The notes: generated from the sequence alone by a model not told the origin. Shown: positions 39,530 through 48,907, counted from the stretch's first letter. The stretch: DNA of 64,000 nt from Opitutaceae bacterium (GCA_035485575.1 DATHNW010000008.1:18894-82893); one strand, 5' to 3'. Numbers and translations: made by a program.

Positions 39530-41383
39530 CTATTCCACGGTCACGCTTTTGGCCAGATTGCGCGGCTTGTCCACGTCGCAACCGCGCTCGACCGCGATGT
39601 AATAGCTGAGCAGTTGCACGGGGATCGTCGCGACGATGGGCAGGACGGCCTCATGGCAGTCGGGAATGGCAATGACCTCGTCGGCCAGGCCTTCCGGCAG
39701 TTCGCAGCCCTCCGTGACGATGGCGATGATTTTGCCCTTGCGGGCCTTGATCTCCTGCATACTGGAGACGAGCTTGTTGAACATCTCACCCTTCGAGGCG
39801 AAGAAAACGCTGGGGCATTTTTCGCTGATAAGCGCGATGGGCCCGTGCTTCATCTCGGCGGCGGGATAGCCCTCGGCGTGGATGTAGGAAATTTCCTTCA
39901 GCTTGAGCGCGCCTTCGAGCGCGATGGGGAAAAGCGAGAGGCGGCCGAGAAAAAGGAAGTCGCTGTGCTGCGCGTAGCGTTTCGCGATTTTTTTGATGTG
40001 TGGCGCCAGCTCGAGCGTTTTCTTCACCAGCACGGGCGCCTGCTTGAGCGCCTGCACAAGCTGCACGCCGTCGCTGAAGCTCATGTCGCGCAGCCGGGCG
40101 ACGTAGAGTGCGATCATGGCGCCGAGGAGGAGCTGCGAGGTGAAGGCCTTGGTCGAGGCCACGCCGATTTCCGGGCCGACGTGCTGATAGACGCCGCCGT
40201 CGGCCTCGCGTGCAATGGTCGAGCCGACGACGTTGTTGAGGGCGAGCACGCGGTGGCCCTTGCGCTTGGCCTCGCGCAGGGCGGCGAGCGTGTCGATGGT
40301 CTCGCCCGACTGGCTGATGACAAAGAAGAGCGTGCGCGAATCCAGCGGCATGTTCCGGTAGCGGAACTCCGAGGCGTAATCGACCTCCACCGGCACGCGG
40401 GCAAAGCGCTCGATCAGGTGCTCGGTCACGAGGCTGGCATGCCAGGCGGAACCGCAGGCGCAGAAAACAAAGCGGTCGATGTGGCGGAACTCGGCCGGCA
40501 GGAGGTTGAGTCCGCCGAAATTCGCCGTGCTGCCGTCCTCGCTGAAGCGGCCGCGCATGGTGTTTTCGAGCGCCTGCGGCTGCTCGAAAATCTCCTTTTC
40601 CATGAAATGGGCGTAGTCGCCCATCTCGGCGTCCTCCACGGCCCAGGTGATTTTGTCCACCACGGGCGAGACGTCTGCCTGGTCGAGCGTGGTGATGGAG
40701 AATTCGCGCGGGGTAAGGTGCACGAGCTCGCCGTCCTTGAGATAGACGACGTTCTGGGTGCGGCTGATAAGCGCGGAGGCATCGCTGGCGAGGATGTGTT
40801 CGCCGTCGCCCACGCCGAGAAGGAGAGGGGAGCCCTTGCGCGCGCCGACGATCTGGTCCGGCGCGTCGGTGCAAAGCACGGCGATGCCGTAGGTGCCTTC
40901 GACATGGCGCAGGGTCTTGCGCACGCTCTCGAGGAAGCGGCTCTGCCCCTTGGGTTCGGCCGGTTCCTTGGCATAATGGTACGCCATGAGGTTGCAGAGC
41001 ACCTCGGTGTCGGTCTCAGACTTGAACGTGTAGCCTTTGGCGAGGAGGAACTTCTTGATCGCGGCGTAGTTCTCGATGACGCCGTTGTGGATGAGCGCGA
41101 GCTTCCCGTCGCTGCTCACGTGCGGGTGGGCGTTGGTGTCGGTCACGCCGCCGTGCGTGGCCCAGCGCGTGTGGCTGATGCCGGTGGTGCCGTTCAGGCG
41201 GTGCTGCGAGGCTTCCTTCACCAGGTTGTCCACGCGGCCGATTTTTTTCACGACGGCGAGCCTGCCGTTTTCCTGCACGGCCAGCCCGGCGGAATCATAA
41301 CCGCGGTATTCCAGGCGCTTCAACCCCTCGAGCAGAATGCCCGCGGCGCGTTGTTTACCGACGTATCCGACAATGCCACACAT
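39530..41383 (-). CDS. glmS: glutamine--fructose-6-phosphate aminotransferase
   Basis: 617 aa. N-terminus MCGIVGY, two SIS domains and the C-terminus ...DKPRNLAKSVTVE. Confidence 0.95.
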   Translation of the reverse strand: MCGIVGYVGKQRAAGILLEGLKRLEYRGYDSAGLAVQENGRLAVVKKIGRVDNLVKEASQHRLNGTTGISHTRWATHGGVTDTNAHPHVSSDGKLALIHNGVIENYAAIKKFLLAKGYTFKSETDTEVLCNLMAYHYAKEPAEPKGQSRFLESVRKTLRHVEGTYGIAVLCTDAPDQIVGARKGSPLLLGVGDGEHILASDASALISRTQNVVYLKDGELVHLTPREFSITTLDQADVSPVVDKITWAVEDAEMGDYAHFMEKEIFEQPQALENTMRGRFSEDGSTANFGGLNLLPAEFRHIDRFVFCACGSAWHASLVTEHLIERFARVPVEVDYASEFRYRNMPLDSRTLFFVISQSGETIDTLAALREAKRKGHRVLALNNVVGSTIAREADGGVYQHVGPEIGVASTKAFTSQLLLGAMIALYVARLRDMSFSDGVQLVQALKQAPVLVKKTLELAPHIKKIAKRYAQHSDFLFLGRLSLFPIALEGALKLKEISYIHAEGYPAAEMKHGPIALISEKCPSVFFASKGEMFNKLVSSMQEIKARKGKIIAIVTEGCELPEGLADEVIAIPDCHEAVLPIVATIPVQLLSYYIAVERGCDVDKPRNLAKSVTVE

Positions 41384-41452
41384 ATTTGTCTCGCGAAACT
41401 ACGCGCCCCGGCAAACGTCGTGCAAGCTCGCAAGCCAAATTTTTGTTGCATC

Positions 41453-42742
41453 ATGAACCCCACGAAACGTGTTCTCGCCGTCATCATGGGTGGTGGTCGC
41501 GGCACCCGCCTCCACCCGCTCACGCAGGAGCGCTGCAAACCCGCCGTGCCGCTCGCAGGCAAGTACCGCCTGGTGGACATCCCCATCAGCAACTGCCTGA
41601 ACAGTGATATCAACCGCATCTTCCTGCTCACGCAGTTCAACACCGCCTCGCTGCACCGGCATGTGCAGACCGCCTTCCGGTTCGATCCGTTCGGTGGCGG
41701 CATGGTCGATATTCTCGCGGCCGAGCAGACCGAAAAAAGCGAACATTGGTACCAGGGCACGGCCGACGCCGTGCGGCGCAACCTCCTTCATTTCCGCGCC
41801 TATGCACATGATTATGTGCTGATCCTGTCCGGCGACCAGCTCTACCGGATGGATTTCCGGGAAATTCTTGAGCAGCACATCGCCCTGGGAGCCGACGTCA
41901 CCGTCGCGGCCAAACCCGTCCCCGCCTCGCAGGTGGAGGCACTCGGCATCATGCGCGTGGCCGACGATCTTTCCATTGCGCAATTTGTCGAGAAGACCAA
42001 GGACCCCGCGGTCGTAGCCGGCCTCACGCTCAGCGAAAAGCTCGAGCGTCGCCTCACCGCCACGCCGACCGGCGAGAAACACTGCCTCGCCTCGATGGGC
42101 ATCTACGTCTTCAACCGCGCCGCGCTGGCGGCGGCGCTCGACAACACCATGACCGACTTCGGCCGGGAGGTCATCCCGAGCCTGCTCGGCAAGATGAAGC
42201 TGTTTTCCCATATTTTCGAAGGCTACTGGGAGGACATCGGCACCGTGCGGGCATTTTTCGAAGCCAACCTCGCGCTCGCGCAGCCGCTGCCGCCGTTTAA
42301 TTTCTTTCATGCCACTGCGCCGGTTTACACGTCGCTGCATTATCTGCCGCCGGCCAAGATCAACCGCTGCGCCCTTAATCACGTCATTGTCGGCGACGGC
42401 TCCATCATCACCGACAGCACTCTTCAGCGCTGCGTGATCGGCGGACGTTCCTTCATTGGCGAAGGCACCCAGCTCGACGAGGTCGTCATGATGGGCTCCG
42501 ATGCGTATCAAACGGAGGAGGAAATCAAGGCCGATCTCGCCGACGGCCGGCCGCACGTCGGCATCGGCCTGAACTGCAACATCAAGAAGGCCATCATCGA
42601 CAAGAACGCCCGCATCGGCAACGGCGTGAAGCTCTCGCCCGAAGGCAAACCCGACGGCACCTACGCCCACGGCATCGTCATTCGCGATGGCGTCCTCGTC
42701 GTGCCCAAGGGTGTGATCGTCCCGGGCGGCGCGGTGGTCTGA
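41453..42742 (+). CDS. glgC: glucose-1-phosphate adenylyltransferase
   Basis: 429 aa from MNPTKRVLAVIMGGGRGTRL.PLT..R.KPAVP..GKYRL.D. It is the C-terminal part of the 1042-aa track ORF. The upstream part of that ORF is antisense to glmS. Confidence 0.92.
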   Translation: MNPTKRVLAVIMGGGRGTRLHPLTQERCKPAVPLAGKYRLVDIPISNCLNSDINRIFLLTQFNTASLHRHVQTAFRFDPFGGGMVDILAAEQTEKSEHWYQGTADAVRRNLLHFRAYAHDYVLILSGDQLYRMDFREILEQHIALGADVTVAAKPVPASQVEALGIMRVADDLSIAQFVEKTKDPAVVAGLTLSEKLERRLTATPTGEKHCLASMGIYVFNRAALAAALDNTMTDFGREVIPSLLGKMKLFSHIFEGYWEDIGTVRAFFEANLALAQPLPPFNFFHATAPVYTSLHYLPPAKINRCALNHVIVGDGSIITDSTLQRCVIGGRSFIGEGTQLDEVVMMGSDAYQTEEEIKADLADGRPHVGIGLNCNIKKAIIDKNARIGNGVKLSPEGKPDGTYAHGIVIRDGVLVVPKGVIVPGGAVV

Positions 42743-42761
42743 CGCGCCGTCAGCGTGAAAT

Positions 42762-43595
42762 TTATTTCAAGCCCTCGATCGGTTTGCTCCGCCGCGCGAT
42801 GAGCGCGATCCCCGCGGCGATCATGAACAGCGAGTAAAATGTCCCGCGGCTCAGTCCGAGGATGGGCGCAATGCCCTCGTCGGGCTCGCGGAAGATTTCG
42901 CAGAAAATGCGCACGAGCGCATAGCCGACGAGAAATTCGCCGGCCAGCCGGCCCGGCCGCGTGCGCACGACATCGGTCTTCCAGAAGCGCCACTGCAGGT
43001 AGGCGAACAGCAGCCCGCCCTCGAGCCCGGCTTCGTAGAGCTGCGACGGATGCCGCGGCGGAATTTGGGCGAACGGCGTGCCTGATGGCGCGCTCAGTGG
43101 AAAAATTACCGCCCACGGCACGTTGGAGATTTTCCCCCAGAGTTCACCGTTGATGAAGTTCGCGATGCGTCCGAAAAACAGTCCCGCCGGCGCGACCGAA
43201 ACGATGAGATCTCCCAAGTGGAGGAAGGGGATTTTGTTCGCGCGCGCGAACCACGCCAGCGCCACGGCCACGCCGATCATGCCGCCGTGGCTGGCCATGC
43301 CGCCTTCCCATACACGGAAAAGTGCGAACGGGTCGCGCGCCAGCGTGCCGAGGCCATAGAACAAAAAATAACCCGCGCGTCCGCCAATGAGCACGCCGAG
43401 CACGATGGCGGTGACCAGGTCGGCGATCTTGCTGGCCGGCACCAATGAGCGCCCGGCGCGTGTGTAGCGATAGAGCAGCCCCCCGCCGGCGAGAAAGCCG
43501 AGCAGGTAGGCCAGCCCGTAATAGCGGATGCCGAAATTGCCCGAGAAGCGGACGACAAACGGACTGAGGTCGTGGACCCAGTAGGCGAAGGGCAT
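42762..43595 (-). CDS. lgt: prolipoprotein diacylglyceryl transferase
   Basis: 277 aa polytopic protein. Motifs I.YYGL.Y..G, GGR.G and the HP.QLYE signature. Confidence 0.9.
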   Translation of the reverse strand: MPFAYWVHDLSPFVVRFSGNFGIRYYGLAYLLGFLAGGGLLYRYTRAGRSLVPASKIADLVTAIVLGVLIGGRAGYFLFYGLGTLARDPFALFRVWEGGMASHGGMIGVAVALAWFARANKIPFLHLGDLIVSVAPAGLFFGRIANFINGELWGKISNVPWAVIFPLSAPSGTPFAQIPPRHPSQLYEAGLEGGLLFAYLQWRFWKTDVVRTRPGRLAGEFLVGYALVRIFCEIFREPDEGIAPILGLSRGTFYSLFMIAAGIALIARRSKPIEGLK

Positions 43596-43602
43596 GGGCG
43601 GG

Positions 43603-44682
43603 TCAGGATTTCGCCGGCGGGAAGGGCGTGGTGATCGCGCTCTCGCCCGGCCGGCGCGGCCGCGCCTGCTTTTCCAGCTTGGTCCGCGCGAGCTCGCGCA
43701 TGTCCACGGCCACGTCGTCCTTCTCGAAAATTTCGCGGCCGAGGATGTGCTCCATCACGTCCTCCATCGTCACCACGCCCGAGGTCGAGCCGAATTCGTC
43801 CACGACCACGAGCATCTGCTGGTGCGTCTTCAGGAAAACCTGCAGCGCATTGGCCGCGGTGACAGTCTCGGGGATGAAGTGCACTTCCTGCATGATTTTC
43901 TCGACGAGTTCGAAATCCTGGTCGTTGGCCTTGGCCTTGAGCAGGTCGCGCCGCCGCACGAGGCCGGCGATGTCGTCGATGTTTTTGCCGTAAACCGGCA
44001 TGCGGCCAAAAGGCAGGTTCGGATACTCATGGAACACCTCGCCGACCGTCGCGTTGCGGCGTAGCGCGGTGACAACCGTGCGCGGGGTCATGATTTCGCT
44101 CACGCGCACGTCGTCGAGCGAGAGCGCGTTGGCGATGATGTTCGATTCGCTTTTCGTCAGCGTGCCCTGCTCAGCGCCGCGCTCGGCCAGCAGGATGATT
44201 TCCTCGTCGGATTTATGGGCCGAAGGTGCCTCGCGGATGATGGTGCGAACGAGGAGGTTGCAGAGAAACGTGATGGGGCTGAGCACGCGCCGGAGCGCCG
44301 CAAGCGGGATGACGACGAACGGCTGCAGCGTGCGGCGGTAGGCAACGCCAATGTTCTTCGGGATCACCTCTGAAAACACCAGCATGGCGAGCGTCAGGCC
44401 GCCGATGATGAAACCGAGTGCGGTATTGTCGCCCAGCCGGGCGGCCAGCGCGCCGACCACGACCGAGCCGAGCGTGGTGGCGATGGTGTTGAGCGCGAGC
44501 AGTGCCGCGAGCGTCTCGTCGAGCTCGCTGCGCAATTTCTCCAGCTGCTTGCCGCGCACCGGCGCGGTGCGCTTGAGCGACTCGACCTCCGCCGTGGTCG
44601 TGCTCAGCAGCAGCGCCTCGAACAGCGAGCAGGCTGCCGAGATGACGAGCGTGGCGAGCGCGGTGACGACAATCCAGGGCAT
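43603..44682 (-). CDS. CNNM/DUF21 plus CBS-pair transporter-associated (hemolysin-family) protein
   Basis: About 359 aa from MPWIVVTAL. N-terminal DUF21 TM domain (E.L.S......L), then a CBS pair (V.EIMTPR). The alternative upstream start is at 44763. Confidence 0.8.
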   Translation of the reverse strand: MPWIVVTALATLVISAACSLFEALLLSTTTAEVESLKRTAPVRGKQLEKLRSELDETLAALLALNTIATTLGSVVVGALAARLGDNTALGFIIGGLTLAMLVFSEVIPKNIGVAYRRTLQPFVVIPLAALRRVLSPITFLCNLLVRTIIREAPSAHKSDEEIILLAERGAEQGTLTKSESNIIANALSLDDVRVSEIMTPRTVVTALRRNATVGEVFHEYPNLPFGRMPVYGKNIDDIAGLVRRRDLLKAKANDQDFELVEKIMQEVHFIPETVTAANALQVFLKTHQQMLVVVDEFGSTSGVVTMEDVMEHILGREIFEKDDVAVDMRELARTKLEKQARPRRPGESAITTPFPPAKS

Positions 44683-44780
44683 CCGGCCAGTGTAGGGGTG
44701 CGTGGCGATTTGCGAACCCGAAAGTGAGGCCAATTCAAAAGACCTTGCCTGCGCCTTTTCCACCCGCAGTCTGCGCAGCC

Positions 44781-45884
44781 ATGAGCGAATTGAAACGCAC
44801 GCCCCTGTACGCCTTCCACGTGGCGCACGGCGGGCGCATGGTGGACTTCGCCGGCTGGGAGATGCCGGTGCAGTACAAGAGCATCCTCGGCGAGCATCTC
44901 GCGGTGCGCCGCGCGGCCGGCCTTTTCGACGTCAGCCACATGGGCGAGGCCGATGTGCGCGGACCGGAAGCGGCCCAGTTCCTGAACCACGTGGTCACAA
45001 ACGACGTCGCCCGGCTCTTCCCCGGCCGCGTGCTCTACACGCCGGTGTGCTACCCCGACGGCGGGGTGGTGGACGACCTGCTCGTTTACATGCGCGGACC
45101 GGAGGATTTTTTCCTCTGCTTCAACGCCGGTAACATCGACAAGGATCTCGCCTGGCTGCGCGAGCAGGCGGCGAAGTTCAATGTCACGGTCACCGACCGC
45201 TCGGCCGATTACGCGCTCCTCGCGCTGCAAGGCCCGCGTGCCGCCGCCATTCTCTCGCCGCTCACGGCGACGAAGCTCGACACGATCAAATACTATCACT
45301 TTGCCGAGGGCACGGTTGCCGGCGTGAAGTGCATCATCAGCCGCACCGGTTACACGGGCGAGGACGGCTTCGAACTTTATCATGCGCCGGGCGAGGCGGA
45401 AAAGCTCGCCACCGCGCTGCTGGCCGCCGGCACGCCGCTGGGTCTCGAACTGGTCGGCCTGGGCGCGCGCGACAGCCTGCGCCTAGAGGCGGGTTATCCG
45501 CTTTACGGCCATGAAATCACGGCCGACATCTCGCCGCTCACCGCCGGCCTGGGCTGGACGGTGAAACTCGACAAGGGCGCCGACTTCATCGGTCGCGGGG
45601 CGCTGCTGGCCGAAAAGGAAACCGGCACGCCGCGCAAGGTCGTGTTTTTCAAGACGGGAGACCGCCGCATCGTGCGCGCCGACACCCCCGTGCTCGGGCC
45701 GGCCGGCGCGGTCGTGGGCAAGGTCGTCTCCGGCACGCTTTCGCCCGTGCTCAACGAGGCCATTGGCTCGGCCCTTGTTGAAACCACCGCCGCCGCCGAA
45801 CCGCTCGCAGTGGACATCCGCGGCGTGAAGCTCGATTTGCGTCTGGCCAAGCCTCCATTCGTCGAACTAAAGAAAACCACATGA
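44781..45884 (+). CDS. gcvT: glycine cleavage system aminomethyltransferase T
   Basis: 367 aa from [11 protein letters not shown]...G..MV.F.GW.MP.QY. Contains DVSHMG. Confidence 0.92.
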   Translation: MSELKRTPLYAFHVAHGGRMVDFAGWEMPVQYKSILGEHLAVRRAAGLFDVSHMGEADVRGPEAAQFLNHVVTNDVARLFPGRVLYTPVCYPDGGVVDDLLVYMRGPEDFFLCFNAGNIDKDLAWLREQAAKFNVTVTDRSADYALLALQGPRAAAILSPLTATKLDTIKYYHFAEGTVAGVKCIISRTGYTGEDGFELYHAPGEAEKLATALLAAGTPLGLELVGLGARDSLRLEAGYPLYGHEITADISPLTAGLGWTVKLDKGADFIGRGALLAEKETGTPRKVVFFKTGDRRIVRADTPVLGPAGAVVGKVVSGTLSPVLNEAIGSALVETTAAAEPLAVDIRGVKLDLRLAKPPFVELKKTT

Positions 45885-46264
45885 GCAACGTTCCTGCCGA
45901 TCTCCGCTACGCGAAGTCCCACGAATGGCTGAAGCCTGCGGGCGACGGCACCGCGACCGTCGGCATCACCGACTACGCGCAAAACTCGCTCGGCGACATC
46001 ACCTACGTGCAATTGCCGAAGGTCGGCGCGACCTTTGCCGCCGGCGCGGTCTTTGGCGTGGTCGAGAGCGTGAAAGCGGCGAGCGATCTTTATGCGCCCG
46101 CGGCCGGCACGGTCACGGCGGTGAACGACGCGCTCAACAACGCGCCCGAGACGGTCAACCAGTCGCCCTACGATAGCGGCTGGATTTTGAAACTGAAGCT
46201 GGCCAACCCCGCCGAAGCGAATGCGCTACTTTCACCGGCCGACTACGAAAAGGTGATTGGGTGA
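45881..46264 (+). CDS. gcvH: glycine cleavage system H protein
   Basis: 127 aa. Motifs Y...HEW and the lipoyl-lysine motif ESVKAASD. ATGA overlap with gcvT. Confidence 0.93.
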   Translation: MSNVPADLRYAKSHEWLKPAGDGTATVGITDYAQNSLGDITYVQLPKVGATFAAGAVFGVVESVKAASDLYAPAAGTVTAVNDALNNAPETVNQSPYDSGWILKLKLANPAEANALLSPADYEKVIG

Positions 46265-46389
46265 AATTTCGACATGCGTGGTCTTGAAGTCGTGAAGTTC
46301 GAGCAACTCGACGACGACGGTCACCTTTTCAAGATCGCCCTCGATAATCTTTTTTCGCTCGACACCGTTCGCTTCACTCAAGGCTTGGC

Positions 46390-47934
46390 ATGAGCGGCAA
46401 GATAACGACGGGACATGGGCTGAACGCTGATGAAGTCTTCCTCGGTTTAGTCGATTTCGGACTATTCAGTGAAAAGATGCCTGCCTGCTTTTCTGCGGAG
46501 GGATTGGCAAAACTGGTCCCCGCAAGTCTGGCGAAGATCAGCACTGAGACTGACCTTTCCAAACTTAAAAAACTGATCGCCAAACAAACCCACGGAGTCA
46601 TCCGCTATCAAGTTCTACGCGACGTAAATATCCCCCGCCAGATGGGAATTCCACATCCGCAGAGCCATCTCGCACAGTGCCTCGCCATCAAGCGTTGCTG
46701 GAGTGAGATCAAGAAGCACTGTGCCAAACCGACCGCGCCGGTAAGTCGAATCTTCGTGCGGGACACGGGTGCAGATCGTGTCTTCGAGATGAATTACAAA
46801 GGGGCAGAGCGCCTCGAAGTCGAAGAGCAGGAACTCGGTTTCCTCACCGGCGCGACCTACGTGGTTCACGCGGATATCGCCGCTTGTTTCCCGAGCATCT
46901 ACACCCATTCTATCCCATGGGCCTTGCATGGCAGAAAATTAGCCAAGCAGGCACGCGACGATCTCTCTCTGGCGGGTAACTTGCTCGACAAAGCCACTCA
47001 AGTAGTCCGTGACGCGCAAACCAACGGCCTGCTCATTGGCCCACACGCGTCCAACATCATTGCGGAAATTGTCCTGACATGTGTGGACGCGCATCTGTTA
47101 AAGAAAAGCTATATCCGGCTCAGCCGTCACATCGACGATTACCGCTACTACGCCCGCACACACGAGGAGGCGGAGAACTTTATTCGCGACCTCGGGCTCG
47201 GCCTTCGGGAATTCGAGTTGGCCCTGAACGAGCGAAAGACGAAAATTCTGCCCCTGCCTCGCCCGCAGACGGAGAATTGGGTGCGTGAGTTAACGACATT
47301 TCAATTTCCTGACGGATTGATTCGACATTCTACGGTGAGGTCCTTTCTGGATCTCGCTCTTCACTTAGCCCAAGAGTCGGGAACATCGGCCGTTCTTAAT
47401 TACGCAATAAAGATGATCCCAGCCCGTCTTAATGACCGGGCTAAACGCCTTTTTTCCCTTGAGGCGATGAATCTCGCACTTGCATACCCTTATCTCGCGC
47501 CGTTGCTCGGTGAGCATGTATTCGCGAAGCACACTCATGTTGGAATGGAAAAGGTAATCGCGACTTTTGCCGATGAACTCCTGCGAATCGGCATCCGTCG
47601 CATCTATCCGGATGCAATTGCCCACGCGCTTTACTATGCCATTAAATACGATACAACCCTCTCGCAGTCCGAGGCTAAACTTCGAGAGATCGTGATGATC
47701 GACGATGGCATCTGCCACGTATTGCTCCTCGAGTATGCCAACCGACGGAAGCTCGCTGCGATTCAGAAGGCCGTCACAACTCGCGCTAACAATCTCAAAG
47801 GCCTCGATTCCAGAGAGCAGGACCCATTTTGGCTTCTGCTCTATCAGGTATGGACCGAAGCTGATCTTTGCGGCAATGGCCACGAATTGCTGGCCGAGCT
47901 TAAAGCAAAATATTTCACGTTCTTGCGATTTTGA
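46390..47934 (+). CDS. reverse transcriptase, UG/Abi (defence-associated) class, with a C-terminal alpha-helical repeat domain
   Basis: 514 aa. RT motifs: 1/2 RYQVLRDVNIPRQMGIPHP (aa 72-90); A VVHADIAACFPSIYTHSIPW (Asp162); B LLIGPHASNIIAEIVL (aa 214-229); C RHIDDYRYY (aa 246-254, nt 47128-47139 = HIDD); E LNERKTKIL. About 210 aa of helical C-terminus follow. There is no maturase/HNH domain, no retron VTG motif and no DGR accessory genes. Confidence 0.85.
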   Translation: MSGKITTGHGLNADEVFLGLVDFGLFSEKMPACFSAEGLAKLVPASLAKISTETDLSKLKKLIAKQTHGVIRYQVLRDVNIPRQMGIPHPQSHLAQCLAIKRCWSEIKKHCAKPTAPVSRIFVRDTGADRVFEMNYKGAERLEVEEQELGFLTGATYVVHADIAACFPSIYTHSIPWALHGRKLAKQARDDLSLAGNLLDKATQVVRDAQTNGLLIGPHASNIIAEIVLTCVDAHLLKKSYIRLSRHIDDYRYYARTHEEAENFIRDLGLGLREFELALNERKTKILPLPRPQTENWVRELTTFQFPDGLIRHSTVRSFLDLALHLAQESGTSAVLNYAIKMIPARLNDRAKRLFSLEAMNLALAYPYLAPLLGEHVFAKHTHVGMEKVIATFADELLRIGIRRIYPDAIAHALYYAIKYDTTLSQSEAKLREIVMIDDGICHVLLLEYANRRKLAAIQKAVTTRANNLKGLDSREQDPFWLLLYQVWTEADLCGNGHELLAELKAKYFTFLRF

Positions 47935-47991
47935 TAGCGCTTCGATTTTCGCACGGTAAACTACCAATGCTCTCAGCGTGAAATGAGCCTA

Positions 47992-48078
47992 GCATAACCA
48001 ATCGCCCGATCCAACGTGAATAGGCCTGGGCCGTTATTGCCGCGCTTGTCCTCGCGTGGGGCATCTCTAACGTTCGGC
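47992..48078 (+). repeat. attC-like imperfect palindromic repeat, copy 1 (87 nt)
   Basis: GCATAAC ... GTTCGGC ends, 5/7 complementary. Inner helix AT(C)GCCC / GGGCAT with one bulged base. It shares the 3' core GCTTGTCCTCGCGTGGGGCATCTCTAACGTTCGGC with the other copies. Confidence 0.5.
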
Positions 48079-48088
48079 AAATCACCCG

Positions 48089-48499
48089 ATGCAAATCGAC
48101 GAACTCACCCTTGTTTTGCTCGGAGCCTTCTGGACCGGTACGACGGCGGTTTTTACCGGCATGCAGATGGCCGATGCCGCGCGCGACCGCATCATGCTGG
48201 CCAAAGCTGACGATGTTCATCTGCCTCCCGACTATCGGCGGCACTTGCTCTGGTATACGTGGGTTCCCTTGCGCGTCTCTCTCGCCAGCGTATCGCTCCT
48301 GCTTGGCGTCATCATCGTCTTTCTGCCGAAGCTCGCCACGGAAGCGGGCACCACGTCCCGACCTACTTTCGCCGCCATCTGCCTTTGGTCTGCTTTCATT
48401 CCATTTTCCGGCGCGGCTCTCTTCTTCATCACTTCCTTCCTCGAATTCTTCACGATGAAATCTCGTATCCATGATGCAGGGCGAAAGAATAAGACCTAA
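48089..48499 (+). CDS. hypothetical small membrane protein (3-4 TM)
   Basis: 136 aa with an ATG start. Hydrophobic helices at about aa 6-25, 52-78 and 93-125. I recognise no family. Same strand as the RT and 154 nt downstream of it. Confidence 0.55.
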   Translation: MQIDELTLVLLGAFWTGTTAVFTGMQMADAARDRIMLAKADDVHLPPDYRRHLLWYTWVPLRVSLASVSLLLGVIIVFLPKLATEAGTTSRPTFAAICLWSAFIPFSGAALFFITSFLEFFTMKSRIHDAGRKNKT

Positions 48500-48598
48500 C
48501 CAATTGCCCGAGTCACGAGTCATTTTCGCCCATTTGGCGAGCTCAGGGCTTAGGCCATGCTTGTCGCCCGTGTGAGTCGGCTCTAACTAGCGTTGGGC
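48494..48598 (+). repeat. attC-like imperfect palindromic repeat, copy 2 (105 nt)
   Basis: ACCTAAC fits RYYYAAC exactly and overlaps the stop codon. GTTGGGC fits GTTRRRY exactly. The inner 9-bp helix CCGAGTCAC/GTGAGTCGG has one mismatch. Confidence 0.55.
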
Positions 48599-48610
48599 CC
48601 AACCAATCCC

Positions 48611-48907
48611 ATGAATACCAAAGCGAAATTGAGAGACTATCTGCGACGGGCGAGATCCGACGTCTCCTTAAGAAGCAGACTATTGGGCGATGCACGATTT
48701 ATGAAGAAAACCTCTGGCTGGATGGCGATAGTGTGGATATTGTTGCTTTTGGCACAGACCGCATTCGAAGGGCAGCCATGGTTTTCGAGCTCTTCCGCCA
48801 CAGCGTGGCTCGGCCTTATGTTTGCGGTAATGCTATTCGACAAATTTTCGGATCGGGTTGCGATGATGGAGTCAATGGAAGAGCCGACGAATCAACCATC
48901 AGTTTGA
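48611..48907 (+). CDS. hypothetical small membrane protein (2 TM)
   Basis: 98 aa from the ATG at 48611 (the track start 48593 is a TTG). Basic N-terminus, two TM helices and an acidic tail. Confidence 0.5.
   Translation: MNTKAKLRDYLRRARSDVSLRSRLLGDARFMKKTSGWMAIVWILLLLAQTAFEGQPWFSSSSATAWLGLMFAVMLFDKFSDRVAMMESMEEPTNQPSV

Noticed and set aside
39614-41452. N-terminal 613 aa of the 1042-aa plus-strand ORF
   Set aside because: This part is antisense to glmS. Only the C-terminal 429 aa, from the ATG at 41453, match GlgC.
41384-41452. glmS ribozyme upstream of glmS
   Set aside because: Only 69 nt separate the divergent glmS and glgC starts, which is too short. No conserved ribozyme core is visible.
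44683-44780. Glycine riboswitch upstream of gcvT
   Set aside because: A riboswitch was expected from the gene context, but the ~98-nt leader lacks the conserved ACCGAAGG/GGAGAG cores. It is also too short for the tandem aptamer.
46390-47934. RT as a group II intron, retron or DGR component
   Set aside because: There is no X/maturase or En domain, and no intron 5' GUGYG / domain V-like sequence nearby. The upstream gap is only 125 nt, without msr/msd-type long inverted repeats. No TR/VR duplicate or avd-like gene is present. The protein is also much longer than retron or DGR RTs, and its extra length is helical.
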